This document shows, piece after piece, positions 10,951 to 20,688 of a stretch of DNA of 64,000 nucleotides. Numbering within the stretch: position 1 is the first letter of the stretch; the number at the start of each line of letters is the position of its first letter. The translations under genes and the position numbers were made by a program. The notes under the pieces were generated by a model, which saw nothing but the letters and a program-made list of their open reading frames with translations, searched no databases and had not been told where the DNA came from. Source of the stretch: an uncultured Oscillospiraceae bacterium (lineage in GTDB: Bacteria; Bacillota; Clostridia; Christensenellales; Aristaeellaceae); NCBI GenBank assembly GCA_964518875.1, contig CAZFHI010000008.1, positions 1,929-65,928 of the forward strand, read 5' to 3'.

Positions 10951-11706
10951 ATGTCAAAAACAGAGCTTAATAATATTTTTGATAAAAAAGATTTATCGCT
11001 GTGGTTAAAGAACATACCAAAGCGTATAAGCCTTAGACATTTTACGGAAAATACTCCTCTTGAAGATGTTAACGCGCTTGAATATAAGCTTGCCCGCATA
11101 CATTTTGACGGCGTGCGGCTCAATATAGCTAAAAATGACGGCCGGCAGGATATAATAATACCGTTGCCATTTTTCCCGGCATTTGAAAATGTTTATTATT
11201 ACATAGCCGTAATTATAGACGCGACTATGCCCTTAAGCACGTTTTACGCAGGCTTTTTAGGCGAAGCTATGGTGCTTGAAGTGACAAGCCTTAATCTTAA
11301 CTCCTGCTGGATGAGCGGAAACTTTAAAAGAAGCGCATGCAAAGTAAAGCTTAATGAAGAGGAAAAGCTTATAGCCGTTATACCGTTCGGCGCGCCTCTT
11401 GGCAGCAACAAGGGTAAGGGCAGAAAAAGCCTTAACGCGCTTTGCAGGGACAACCCGAGCACCTGGCCGCTTTGGGCTTACAACGCCGCGGAATCAGTAC
11501 GCCGCGCGCCTTCTGCCGTGAACAGGCAACCCTGGCGCTTTGATTTTACCGGGAATACGCTTCGCATTCAATTCAAAAAAATAAACAGTCTTGACGCAGG
11601 AATAGCCTGCCTGCATGCCATTTGCAGCCTTAACAGCGTAAAATACCGCTGCTTTATAGATGTTAATTCTGACTGCTGCGACTTTTTCGTGGAGGACAAC
11701 GAATGA
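10951..11706 (+). CDS. Nitroreductase-superfamily protein (TM1586-like arrangement)
   Basis: ATG at 10951 is preceded by GGGAGGA; the ORF track starts earlier at 10900. Contains RRAPSAVNRQPWRF, the SAxNxQPW nitroreductase signature, but located near the C-terminus. Confidence 0.55.
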   Translation: MSKTELNNIFDKKDLSLWLKNIPKRISLRHFTENTPLEDVNALEYKLARIHFDGVRLNIAKNDGRQDIIIPLPFFPAFENVYYYIAVIIDATMPLSTFYAGFLGEAMVLEVTSLNLNSCWMSGNFKRSACKVKLNEEEKLIAVIPFGAPLGSNKGKGRKSLNALCRDNPSTWPLWAYNAAESVRRAPSAVNRQPWRFDFTGNTLRIQFKKINSLDAGIACLHAICSLNSVKYRCFIDVNSDCCDFFVEDNE

Positions 11707-12998
11707 CTTTGTTTGACTTTGCTGACAGGGACGACAGCAAGAACCGCCCATTAGCGGACCGTATGCGTCCCCGCAATCTTGACGAATTCTTCGGACAGGA
11801 GCATATAGTAGGCAAAGGGCGGTTGCTCAGGCGAGCGATAGAAATAGACAGGCTTACAAGCAGCATATTCTGGGGGCCTCCGGGTACCGGCAAAACAACC
11901 CTTGCGAATGTAATCGCGCAGCTTACAAAATCCGCGTTTGTAAGGATGAACGCCGTTACAAGCGGCGTTGCGGATGTGCGCGAAGTATTAAAGCAGGCGA
12001 AAGACAGGCAAAAAATGTACGGAAAGTCCACCTACCTCCTGCTTGACGAATGCCATCGCTGGAGCAAAGCGCAGTCTGACAGTATTTTGCCCGCAATAGA
12101 GCAGGGAGTTATAAAGTTTATAGGCTCTACTACTGAAAACCCCATGGTATCCATGACGCCCGCAATAGTTTCAAGATGCCGCCTGTTTCATTTTAATCCG
12201 CTAAATCAGAACGACGTAAAAAACATTTTGCTTTTGGCCGTTAACGATAGCGAACGCGGGCTTGGAAAACTGAACGTGGAAATAGAAAAAGACGCGCTTG
12301 ATCATCTGATATTCGTATCTAACGGAGACGCAAGAATGGCGCTTAACGCTCTTGAGCTTGCGGCACTTACGACGCCGACGGTAAAGGGTAAAATTACAAT
12401 AACGCTTGATATAGCCCAGGAAAGCATACAAAAACCTGTTCTTCGCATGGACGATAATTTGTATTACGACATGCTTTCAGCGTTTTGCAAGTCGCTGCGC
12501 GGTTCAGACAGCGATGCCGCTCTATTGTGGTTTTCCCGCCTTCTGTACGCAGGCTGCGACCCCATGCTTTTAGCAAGGCGCATAATAGCCCACGCAAGCG
12601 AAGACGTAGGACTTGCCAATCCAGACGCCATGGTGCAGGCTGTAAGCGCTGCGCAGGCGCTTAAAATTATAGGCATGCCTGAAGCAAGGCTTAGCCTTAC
12701 GCAGGCAATAATAGCCGTATGCGAAAGTCCGAAATCAAACAGCGTTGTTATAGCAATGGACAAAGCTAAGTCGGACGCCGAAAAAGGAGATTTAGGCGCC
12801 GTACCCATGTATCTGCGCGACACGCATTATAAGGGCGCGGAAAAAACAGGCGCGGGCAAAGGCTATCTTTACCCGCACGACTTTGAAAACCATTATGTAG
12901 AGCAGAACTATATGCCGGAAGGATTTGAAAACACCGTATATTACACTCCCGGCAAGTTGGGATTTGAAAAAAATATAAAAAAACAAAAGGACAAATAA
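11703..12998 (+). CDS. rarA: Replication-associated recombination protein A (AAA+ ATPase RarA/MgsA)
   Basis: 431 aa. Walker A GPPGTGKTT, Walker B LLLDECHRW, MgsA C-terminal region (DAALLWFSRLLYAGCDP, RRIIAHASEDVGLANP). ATGA overlap with the upstream gene. Confidence 0.95.
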   Translation: MTLFDFADRDDSKNRPLADRMRPRNLDEFFGQEHIVGKGRLLRRAIEIDRLTSSIFWGPPGTGKTTLANVIAQLTKSAFVRMNAVTSGVADVREVLKQAKDRQKMYGKSTYLLLDECHRWSKAQSDSILPAIEQGVIKFIGSTTENPMVSMTPAIVSRCRLFHFNPLNQNDVKNILLLAVNDSERGLGKLNVEIEKDALDHLIFVSNGDARMALNALELAALTTPTVKGKITITLDIAQESIQKPVLRMDDNLYYDMLSAFCKSLRGSDSDAALLWFSRLLYAGCDPMLLARRIIAHASEDVGLANPDAMVQAVSAAQALKIIGMPEARLSLTQAIIAVCESPKSNSVVIAMDKAKSDAEKGDLGAVPMYLRDTHYKGAEKTGAGKGYLYPHDFENHYVEQNYMPEGFENTVYYTPGKLGFEKNIKKQKDK

Positions 12999-12999
12999 T

Positions 13000-13581
13000 A
13001 TGGCACACCATTTTTTCGCTTACCTGTCAAGAATGAAATATATAGCGCGCTGGGGACTTATGCGCAACATGCTTCCTGAAAACGATATGGAGCACTCCAT
13101 GCAGGCGGCTATGTTCGCGCACGCCATAGCGGTAATAGGCAACGAGCGCTATAACAAAAATTACGATGCGGAGCATATAATGGCGCTTGCGCTTTACCAT
13201 GACGCGAGCGAAGTTATAACAGGCGATCTTCCAACGCCTGTAAAGCACAACAACGCCGCAATTAAAAAAGAGTATAACAAAATAGAAGAAATCGCCGTGG
13301 AGAGGCTTTTGTTTATGCTGCCTCAGGACTTAGTAAAATACTACAGGCCTCTTATATCGGCGGATACTAAAACGCCTGAATGGCGTATAGTCAAGGCGGC
13401 GGACCGCATATGCGCTTATGTAAAATGCCTTGAAGAAAAAGCGGCCGGAAACATGGAGTTTGCTCAGGCTGAAAGCGGCATATTAAGCTCCATACGCGCA
13501 ATAGAGCTTCCTGAAGTAAAGGACTTTATGGACGAATTCATACCGGGCTTCGCGATGACGCTTGACCAGATATCCAAGTAA
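13000..13581 (+). CDS. HD-domain 5'-deoxynucleotidase, YfbR-like
   Basis: 193 aa. RMKYIARWGLMRN..., EHS and LYHDASEVITGDLPTP match the YfbR-type HD phosphohydrolase pattern. Starts 1 nt after the rarA stop. Confidence 0.85.
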   Translation: MAHHFFAYLSRMKYIARWGLMRNMLPENDMEHSMQAAMFAHAIAVIGNERYNKNYDAEHIMALALYHDASEVITGDLPTPVKHNNAAIKKEYNKIEEIAVERLLFMLPQDLVKYYRPLISADTKTPEWRIVKAADRICAYVKCLEEKAAGNMEFAQAESGILSSIRAIELPEVKDFMDEFIPGFAMTLDQISK

Positions 13582-13827
13582 AACTTGCGTTAATAATAAT
13601 ATATATAGTTAATAAATATATTTAAAGATTTAAAGTATCTCGCAAGCTGTTAAGTATCTTGGGATTTCTCCCCTGGTCTTCGCATCGCAGTTTTGCTTTT
13701 TATAAAAATAGCGTTTTTCAGTAATTTTTTGCTTAAAACTTAATATATATTTATAATTAAATTTATGTATTGATTAAAAGTTTTTAATTCCTGTTTTGCT
13801 TAAAAGCGTGTCTTTAAGAATTAAGCT

Positions 13828-14286
13828 CTACTTTTTATCCTTCATCATGTTGCGCAGCTCCTGCATAAAGCTTGGTATATCCGTAAACTGTCTGTAAACA
13901 GAGGCAAAGCGCACATAAGCTACCTCGTCCAATTCGCGCAGTTCATCCATAACCATTTCCCCTATCTGCTTTGTAGTTACTTCTTGCTTTAAGCTGTTGT
14001 ACGCCATCTGCTCTACCTTGGAAACTATGTCGTCTATTTGGTTTGCAGTTACGGGCCTTTTATGGCACGCATGTATAATGCCAGACCTTATTTTATCAGG
14101 CATGAAAAGTTCTCTCGTGCTGTCTTTTTTTATTACAAGCAGCTGCACGTGCTCCAGTTTTTCATACGTAGTAAAGCGCTTGCCGCAGCTTGCGCATTCG
14201 CGTCTGCGCCTTATGCTCGTTTTATCCTCCGCAGGGCGTGAATCCACAACGCGGCTGTCCTCTCCTCCACAAAACGGACATTTCAT
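13828..14286 (-). CDS. nrdR: Transcriptional repressor NrdR
   Basis: 152 aa. Zinc ribbon MKCPFCG...CASCGKRFTTYE followed by an ATP-cone. Confidence 0.97.
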   Translation of the reverse strand: MKCPFCGGEDSRVVDSRPAEDKTSIRRRRECASCGKRFTTYEKLEHVQLLVIKKDSTRELFMPDKIRSGIIHACHKRPVTANQIDDIVSKVEQMAYNSLKQEVTTKQIGEMVMDELRELDEVAYVRFASVYRQFTDIPSFMQELRNMMKDKK

Positions 14287-14313
14287 AGTATTCCCCCTTA
14301 AATAAATTATATT

Positions 14314-15495
14314 TTAAAAACCGTTTCCGGTTAAATAATCATATGCTACGTCCATTACTGCGCGGCTTATATTGCCTACATGATTTGTCATCTTCTTTGA
14401 GCATCCGTTTGTAAGCAGCACAACTGAGGCGTCAAGATCCGGACAAAAATAGGCGTTGCAGACAAACTCTTCTATCATGCCCTGATGACCGTACCATTTT
14501 ACCGGAGTCATATCGTTTAAAGAAATATCCACATTAAGCCCGTAACTGCTTTTTTCTGTTTTTACAGAAGAATTTGGAATCGTGGCCTGGTTTGTGCGCA
14601 TGAGCTTTATTGTTTCAGGGTTTAAAAGTCTCACATTGTCAACAACGCCGTCCTTGCAAAGAACATATGCAAGGCGAGCAAGATCCCTCGCGGAAATGTA
14701 CAGCCCGCCGACCGTTTTGTAGTAATGGTTCTTATAGTCGCTCGTATCATTATAGTATCCTGAATTCTTTTTCATACGCTCCGCGGAAATTATAACATTG
14801 CCGTCTTTCTTAAAGCGCCAGCTTACAGTATTTATATCCTCTATTAAAGATACGTTATACGCGGCTTCTATGTTAAGAGGGCCAAAAACCTGCTGCTTCA
14901 TAAACTGGTCTGCGCTCATGCCGCTCAGACATTCTATTACAGCTCCCAACAGGCCGCCGTTTAGATTGGCGTACTGATATCTGGTCCCTGGCGCATAGTC
15001 GTTCCATTGTTTGTTTGTGTTTCTGTTCGGCGTTAAAAGCCATTCAAGATCATGTTTCCTCGATCCAAAATTGCTGTCGCCAGATATTGAAGAAGTGTGG
15101 CTCATAACCTGTCTTAGCGTTACCGGAGTTGATTTATAATGCGGGTTGCCCACCCGAAATTTAAAATACTGGCTCAAATCTGTGTCCAAATCTATAAAGT
15201 TCTGTTCAACAAGGCGCATAACGCCTATTGCGGTAACCATTTTAGCTACGGAAGCGGTATGAAATTTGGTTTGAGCGTTTACAGGCATATCGCGTTTCCC
15301 CTGTCTTCCGTAATAATACTCATATACGATTTTGCCGTTTTTAACTATTGCTATTGCGCCGCCCACCGTGCTGTATTTGCGCAAAACGTCGTTGAAACGA
15401 TCATCCCAGGGGTTATGGAAAGGGTATATATCAGCGCTCGCTAAAAAAGGCATAAGCAGCGCTGCGCACAGCAGTACTGCAAAAAACTTCTTCAT
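14314..15495 (-). CDS. Secreted serine hydrolase, beta-lactamase/PBP-fold (class C-like)
   Basis: ATG at 15495 (MKKFFAVLLCAALLMPFLASA signal peptide) with AAGGAGG RBS. The ORF track extends to 15582 without support. Motifs SVAK (SxxK), YAN (YxN), HQG (HxG). Confidence 0.8.
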   Translation of the reverse strand: MKKFFAVLLCAALLMPFLASADIYPFHNPWDDRFNDVLRKYSTVGGAIAIVKNGKIVYEYYYGRQGKRDMPVNAQTKFHTASVAKMVTAIGVMRLVEQNFIDLDTDLSQYFKFRVGNPHYKSTPVTLRQVMSHTSSISGDSNFGSRKHDLEWLLTPNRNTNKQWNDYAPGTRYQYANLNGGLLGAVIECLSGMSADQFMKQQVFGPLNIEAAYNVSLIEDINTVSWRFKKDGNVIISAERMKKNSGYYNDTSDYKNHYYKTVGGLYISARDLARLAYVLCKDGVVDNVRLLNPETIKLMRTNQATIPNSSVKTEKSSYGLNVDISLNDMTPVKWYGHQGMIEEFVCNAYFCPDLDASVVLLTNGCSKKMTNHVGNISRAVMDVAYDYLTGNGF

Positions 15496-15668
15496 ATTAA
15501 CCTCCTTAATCTTTACTCTTTCTATTGTATAGATAAAGCTTATCAATTTCAAGTAAAAATAATTGTTTTGCGCTGGCCGCAAGCCGTCCCGCTTTTAATA
15601 ATTTATTTTTTTAGCCTTATGCTATAATTTACTCATAGGCTTACGCCTTAAATATAAAGGGGGTAATT

Positions 15669-17534
15669 ATGAAAAAACTGTCCGCAATTATTATGAGCAT
15701 TGCTCTCTTGCTGTCCATCATACCGGCTTTTGCCGCAGTAAGCGGCGAATTTACCGGTAAAGCTACTGGCTTCGGGGATGAAGTCAGCGTTACGCTCACA
15801 ATCAAAGACGATAAAATCGTAAGCGTTTCAGCTGAAGGCGCAAGCGAAACCCAGGGAATAGGCTCCAACGCTGTTGAAATACTTCCGGAAAAGATAAGCG
15901 AAACCGGCAGCATAGGCGTAGAAACTGTAAGCGGCGCAACCATTACTTCAGAAGCGCTCCTGGAAGCCGCAGGAAACGCATTATCCAGCGCCGGGCTTAA
16001 CCCTGACGACTACATGCAGAAATCCTCTGACGAAGCTAAAAAAGAACCCGTCGTGCTTGACTGCGACATAGTTGTAGTAGGCGCAGGCGGCGCTGGAATG
16101 ACGGCTGCAATAAGCGCCGCAGATCAAGGCAAAAAAGTAATACTCATAGAGAGCCAATCCATGGTTGGCGGCAACACGGTAAGGGCGACCGGCGGCATGA
16201 ACGCGGGCAAAACTCCAGTGCAGGATACAAACGATTTTAATGAAACAGCCGGAGTAGAAAAAACGCTTGGAAAAGCCAAGGATTTTCCTGACAACGCCCG
16301 CATACATGAACTTACGCAAATCGTTCAGAAGCAGTTTGACGAATATAAAGCAAATCCGGAAGGCTATTTCGATTCCGCAGAACTTATGCAGCTTGACACG
16401 CTTATAGGCGGCAAGGGCATCAACAATCCTGAGCTCGTGAAGACGTTCGCAGAAAGCAGCGCATCAGCAGTAGAGTGGCTGAATGAAAACAGCATTGCGC
16501 TTACTAATGTTTCAAGCCTTGGCGGCGCCTCTGTAAAGCGCACTCACAGGCCCGTAGGCGAAGACGGAAAAACAATATCCATAGGCAGCTATCTGGTGCC
16601 GCGTCTTGAAGAAAACGTGAGAGAAAGAAATATAGAGCTTATTCTTAACCTTGAAGCCGTAAGCCTTATAGAAAATGACGGCAGAATCACAGGCGTTAAG
16701 GCAAAAGGAGATCTCGGCGACGACGTAACAATAAACGCGGGCGCTGTAATATTATCCACAGGCGGTTTTGGCGCAAACCTTGATATGGTTGAACAGTTAA
16801 AACCTGAGCTTAAAGGCTTTATGACGACCAACGCTTCCGGCGCTCAGGGCGCTGGAATTAAAATGGCCCAAGAAGCTGGCGCCGCGGTTGTAGATATGAA
16901 AGAAATACAAATACACCCAACCGTTCAGTTTGATACTTCCGCCCTTATAACAGAAGGCCTGCGCGGAGACGGCGCAATACTTGTAAACGCGGAAGGCAGG
17001 CGCTTTACAGACGAAGTCGCCACTCGCGATGTAGTATCCGCAGCTGAAATAGCGCAGCCCGGCAGCTTCAGCTACCTTATAGTAGATAAAAACATGGCTG
17101 ACGCTTCAAGCGTAATTGCAGGATATATCAAAAAAGGCTTTACAACGGAAGGCGAAAGCGTAGCGGATCTGTCAGATAAGCTCGGTATGGACGCAGCGGT
17201 TCTGCAAAGCACGCTTGACGCCTGGAACGAATGTGTAAAAAGCGGAGAGGACAAAGAGTTCGGCAGGACAAGCTTTACAAACCCGCTTGACACAGCGCCA
17301 TATTATGCCATAAAGGTAACCGCCGGCATTCATCACACCATGGGCGGCCTTAAAATAGACGAAAACACCCATGTGCTTAATGAAAGCGGTCAAGCTATAC
17401 CGGGCCTTTTCGCAGCCGGCGAAGTAACAGGCGGAATACACGGCGCAAACCGTCTTGGCGGCAACGCCGTCGCCGACATAGTTGTATTCGGCAGGATAGC
17501 GGGCATGCAGGCAGCCGAAAGCTTAGATAAATAA
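15669..17534 (+). CDS. Secreted FMN_bind-domain + FAD-dependent flavoprotein reductase (soluble fumarate/urocanate-reductase-like)
   Basis: 621 aa. Signal peptide ...IIPAFA/AV. FMN_bind-like module ending VETVSGATITS. Dinucleotide fold VVVGAGGAGMTAA. LRGDGAILVN and GGIHGANRLGGNAV signatures. Confidence 0.8.
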   Translation: MKKLSAIIMSIALLLSIIPAFAAVSGEFTGKATGFGDEVSVTLTIKDDKIVSVSAEGASETQGIGSNAVEILPEKISETGSIGVETVSGATITSEALLEAAGNALSSAGLNPDDYMQKSSDEAKKEPVVLDCDIVVVGAGGAGMTAAISAADQGKKVILIESQSMVGGNTVRATGGMNAGKTPVQDTNDFNETAGVEKTLGKAKDFPDNARIHELTQIVQKQFDEYKANPEGYFDSAELMQLDTLIGGKGINNPELVKTFAESSASAVEWLNENSIALTNVSSLGGASVKRTHRPVGEDGKTISIGSYLVPRLEENVRERNIELILNLEAVSLIENDGRITGVKAKGDLGDDVTINAGAVILSTGGFGANLDMVEQLKPELKGFMTTNASGAQGAGIKMAQEAGAAVVDMKEIQIHPTVQFDTSALITEGLRGDGAILVNAEGRRFTDEVATRDVVSAAEIAQPGSFSYLIVDKNMADASSVIAGYIKKGFTTEGESVADLSDKLGMDAAVLQSTLDAWNECVKSGEDKEFGRTSFTNPLDTAPYYAIKVTAGIHHTMGGLKIDENTHVLNESGQAIPGLFAAGEVTGGIHGANRLGGNAVADIVVFGRIAGMQAAESLDK

Positions 17535-17545
17535 TTACTTCTCTA

Positions 17546-17585
17546 TAAAAAAGCGGGCGCTCGTTAAATGAGCGTCCGCTTTTTA
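17546..17585. terminator. Bidirectional terminator between the convergent reductase and ABC importer operon
   Basis: AAAAAAGCGGGCGCUC-GUUAAAU-GAGCGUCCGCUUUUU, with an A-run before and a T-run after. Confidence 0.8.
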
Positions 17586-17596
17586 CTTCAAAAACA

Positions 17597-18385
17597 TTAC
17601 AGCCAAAATTTCGCCTGCTCCCGCATAGTTTTTTGAACGTCAAGATTATAGGCTTCATTTATTTGCCGGCTGAAAAGCACATCTTTGCAAAGGCCGCGCA
17701 TTGTTACACAACCGTCCTTAAGCAAAAGGCAGTTTTCCCCGTACTTTGCCGCTATGCTTATATCGTGCACAACGGATATTACGCATCGCTCCCCCTTTGA
17801 GAGCCATAGCTTAACAGCGTCAAGCAGGCTTATCGTATAATGAAGATCAAGGGAGTTTACAGGCTCGTCCAGCAAAAGCACCTGCGGGTTCTGCGCGAAC
17901 ACCTGGGCCAAATAGGCGCGCTGCTGCTCGCCGCCTGAGAGCGTGCGCATGGAGCGGTTCTGGTATTCGCGCAGGCCTGATATATCTATTGCGTTGTCTA
18001 TATAATGCATATCTTCATCGCTTAAAGCTTTAAACACGCCTGTATAGCTGTACCTGCCCAAAGCAACAACCTCTTTAACGCTTAATCCTGTAAAGTTATC
18101 GTGCAGCTGGCTCAGCACGCCTAATTTTTTAGCGTATTCCTTATGGCTGTATTCATGTATGTTTTTACCGAGCAGAGTAATATCGCCGCTGTACTTGATT
18201 TCCCTGCACAGCGTCTTTATGAGGCTTGTTTTTCCGGCGCCGTTCGCCCCGAGCAGCATAAGCCATTCGCCCTTTTGCACTTCGAACGATACGTCGTTAA
18301 GCGCCTTTTTGTTTTCATAAAAAGCAGATACGTTATTTACCTGAAGCAACTTTTTCCCTTCCTGCGTATATAATAACAAAAACAA
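17597..18385 (-). CDS. Corrinoid/iron-siderophore-type ABC importer, ATP-binding subunit (FecE/BtuD-like)
   Basis: Walker A GANGAGKTS, signature LSGGEQQR, Walker B LLLDEP. The ORF overlaps the permease by 53 nt. A TTG at 18349 would reduce the overlap to 17 nt. Confidence 0.9.
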   Translation of the reverse strand: MFLLLYTQEGKKLLQVNNVSAFYENKKALNDVSFEVQKGEWLMLLGANGAGKTSLIKTLCREIKYSGDITLLGKNIHEYSHKEYAKKLGVLSQLHDNFTGLSVKEVVALGRYSYTGVFKALSDEDMHYIDNAIDISGLREYQNRSMRTLSGGEQQRAYLAQVFAQNPQVLLLDEPVNSLDLHYTISLLDAVKLWLSKGERCVISVVHDISIAAKYGENCLLLKDGCVTMRGLCKDVLFSRQINEAYNLDVQKTMREQAKFWL

Positions 18386-19376
18386 TAGCGCCTACAAATG
18401 ATGTAACAACGCCTATCGGCAGCTCCACAGGGCTTAGGATAGTTCTCGCCAGAAGATCCGTAAGCATTAAAAAAATCGCTCCTGAATAAAGGCACATAGG
18501 CAGAAGCTTTTTATAGCTGCCTGAGCTTCTTATTCTTAGCGCGTGCGGCACTATAAGCCCTACAAACCCTATGCTGCCTCCTATGGAAACCGAAGTTCCT
18601 ATCAAGCAGCTTACTGCAATCAGTATTGAAATCTTAACCCTTTTAACGTTTACGCCTATATGCAGCGCCTCGCTTTCCCCAAGCGAAAACGCGTTTATTT
18701 CTCTTGCGTGAAGCATTAAAACAAAGGATGCAGGCAAAAGCACCGCAAGCATAAGCAACACGTTAGGGAAGCCGGATCCGGAAAGAGAACCCATTGTCCA
18801 AAAAGCAATGGAGCGCAGCTTTTCTCCTGAAAAAGCCATTACAAGGCTTATAAGGCTGCTTGCGAACATAGAGAATATGACGCCCATAAGTATTATGGTG
18901 TTGTTTGTAAAATTTCTGTCCACGCTGAAAGCGACAAACATAACTATTATTAAAGATATAAAGCTGAATATTATTGCCATAAGCGCTGTGCCGGCAAGCG
19001 GAAAACCTGGAAACGTGATGCCTAAAGCTATGGACAGAACCGCACCGAGCGCCGCTCCGGAGCTTGTGCCAAGCGTACCTCCTTCAGCCAGAGGGTTCTG
19101 CAAAAGGCCCTGCATAGAGGCGCCGCTTACAGCAAGCGCAGCGCCTACTAAGCCCGTGCTTAAAACACGCGGAAGCCTAATAAAAATGAGTATGCTGGCA
19201 TTTGTGCTGCTCTGCTCAACGCCTGACAACGCCTTGTACAATATATCCATGCTTTCTGTAAAGGGAATAGGCACAGATCCGACGCTCAGGCACAGAAAAA
19301 AACAAAATATAAGCAGCAAAAAAAACAATATATGCTGTTTTAAAGTCAGTTTTTCCATAAATTGCGCCGGCTGCAC
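18333..19376 (-). CDS. ABC importer permease, FecCD/BtuC family
   Basis: 347 aa polytopic protein with typical FecCD features (RLPRVL, GASMQGLLQNPLAEGGTLG, FVGLIVPH). Confidence 0.9.
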   Translation of the reverse strand: MQPAQFMEKLTLKQHILFFLLLIFCFFLCLSVGSVPIPFTESMDILYKALSGVEQSSTNASILIFIRLPRVLSTGLVGAALAVSGASMQGLLQNPLAEGGTLGTSSGAALGAVLSIALGITFPGFPLAGTALMAIIFSFISLIIVMFVAFSVDRNFTNNTIILMGVIFSMFASSLISLVMAFSGEKLRSIAFWTMGSLSGSGFPNVLLMLAVLLPASFVLMLHAREINAFSLGESEALHIGVNVKRVKISILIAVSCLIGTSVSIGGSIGFVGLIVPHALRIRSSGSYKKLLPMCLYSGAIFLMLTDLLARTILSPVELPIGVVTSFVGAIVFVIIYAGREKVASGK

Positions 19377-19400
19377 TTAAAGTGCAGCCGGAAAGTACAT

Positions 19401-20312
19401 TCAATCGGCCTTATCTTCCGCTTTGTTTTCATATATGAAGTTGTAAAAATCTTTCACAGCGTCTACAAGCCTTGGGCCAGGCCTTGTTATCATGTCGCTG
19501 TCGGCATTGTAGATTTCGTTATTCTTAACAGCTGTTATACCTTCCCAGCCCTTGCGGGAAAGTATTTCTTCATCAGGCTTTGGTCCTTCGCCATAATATG
19601 AAGTCGTTGTTACTATGTAGTCAGGGTTCAGGCTTATAACCTGTTCTTCAGAAACTTCCGCCCAAGCGGCCTGGTCGGCAAATATATTTTCAAGACCAAG
19701 CATGTTTCCTATTTCGTCCATAAATGTTCCGCCGCCTGCAGCCCAGAGACCCCATTGCAGAGGCGATACTTCGTAGTAGATGGTGCCTGATTTTCTTCCG
19801 TCCACCTTTTTAATTATTTCATCAAAGCCATTTTGCATTTTGGCGATAAGTTCGCTAGCTTCCGTTTCCCTGCCCGATACTTTGCCTATAAGCTCTATTG
19901 CTTTATATACGTCTTCGATATTTTGCGCGTCAACAACAAGGCTTGGAACTCCGGCTTTTTCAAGAGCTTCCATGCTTTCCTTGCTGTGCGCCATTTTGGT
20001 TGCTATAACCAGATCCGGATTCAGAGCAAGCACCTGCTCAATGTTCATCTCCTGTCCGGATTTAACCGCTTCCACCTCTGATATCTCTTCAGGGTAGTTG
20101 CAGTATTCGCCGCGGCCTACTATTTTATCGCCCACGCCTATTTCATACAGTATTTCGCAGTCCGCAGGCATAAGCGCAACTATGCGCTCCGCAGGCTTTG
20201 AAAGTGTGATTTCTCTTCCTTCAAAATCCGTAACAGTAAGGTTTTCCGCCATGGCGCTGCCAACAAGCAAAGCCGCGGCAAGGATAAGAAGGATAGCCGT
20301 CTTTTTTTGCAT
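19401..20312 (-). CDS. ABC importer substrate-binding protein (BtuF/FhuD class), probably corrinoid-binding
   Basis: 303 aa. Signal peptide MQKKTAILLILAAALLVGSAMA. Periplasmic-binding-protein type 2 pattern (ERIVALMPADCEILYEIG, LNPDLVI). First gene behind a cobalamin riboswitch. Confidence 0.85.
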   Translation of the reverse strand: MQKKTAILLILAAALLVGSAMAENLTVTDFEGREITLSKPAERIVALMPADCEILYEIGVGDKIVGRGEYCNYPEEISEVEAVKSGQEMNIEQVLALNPDLVIATKMAHSKESMEALEKAGVPSLVVDAQNIEDVYKAIELIGKVSGRETEASELIAKMQNGFDEIIKKVDGRKSGTIYYEVSPLQWGLWAAGGGTFMDEIGNMLGLENIFADQAAWAEVSEEQVISLNPDYIVTTTSYYGEGPKPDEEILSRKGWEGITAVKNNEIYNADSDMITRPGPRLVDAVKDFYNFIYENKAEDKAD

Positions 20313-20374
20313 ATATGCCTCCTAAAATATATTTTGAATAGGTTTCGGCATAAAGCCGCCCCGATTAAAGAAGG

Positions 20375-20590
20375 AGCGGCAGCAAAAAAACAGGCTTCTT
20401 CCAAACCCAGGGAATATTGCAGCAGCAGGTTTCCCGACTTGGCATCATCCTCGCGGACGCCTTCCCGCTTAAGCAGTGGCATATTGTCCGTTCGTCAGCT
20501 TCACGGTTACTGGGATAGTCCGAAATTTTCATTCGCGTTCCCTCGGCATTTGCCGGCGCAAGACGCAAGGCTGCAAAACCATATTCAATT
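20375..20590 (-). promoter_or_regulatory. Cobalamin (B12) riboswitch in the leader of the ABC importer operon
   Basis: Minus strand reads ...GCCGAGGGAACGCGAAUGAAAAUUUCGGACUAUCCCAGUAACCGUGAAGCUGACGAACGGACAAUAUGCCACUGCUUAAGCGGGAAGGCG.... It contains the AGGGAA / GAAAAUU...CCC core and the B12-box GCCACUG...GGGAAGGC. A downstream GAAGAAGC...UUUUUUU...GCUCCUUC element may act as the expression platform. Boundaries are approximate. Confidence 0.8.
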
Positions 20591-20688
20591 AATAAAATTA
20601 TATGCACTTCGCAGCTTTCCGTCAAGGCTTGCCGCAAAATGAACGCGGTGTTATCATAAAAGCCGTAAAAACACGACGGGAGGTATTT

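Noticed and set aside
10951-11706. Nitroreductase signature (SAVNRQPWRF) located near the C-terminus instead of the N-terminus. I considered a circular permutation or gene fusion.
   Set aside because: As far as I recall, this arrangement is characteristic of the TM1586-like nitroreductase subfamily, so it is probably normal for the family. I cannot verify this without an HMM search.
13583-13648. Inverted repeat CTTGCG...CGCAAG between the convergent yfbR-like and nrdR genes, considered as a shared terminator
   Set aside because: The stem is only 6 bp, the loop is ~50 nt and AT-rich, and there is no adjacent U-run. It is not a credible intrinsic terminator or structured RNA.
14314-15582. N-terminal extensions proposed by the six-frame track for several genes: 14314-15582, 46159-47223, 20602-21210, 34280-34519, 36900-38726, 50749-51843, 53601-56339, 5886-8084 and 60929-61531
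   Set aside because: In each case an internal start with a strong GGAGG-type RBS gives a protein that begins where the family normally begins (a signal peptide or a conserved N-terminus). The extensions run into promoters, riboswitch or terminator sequences.
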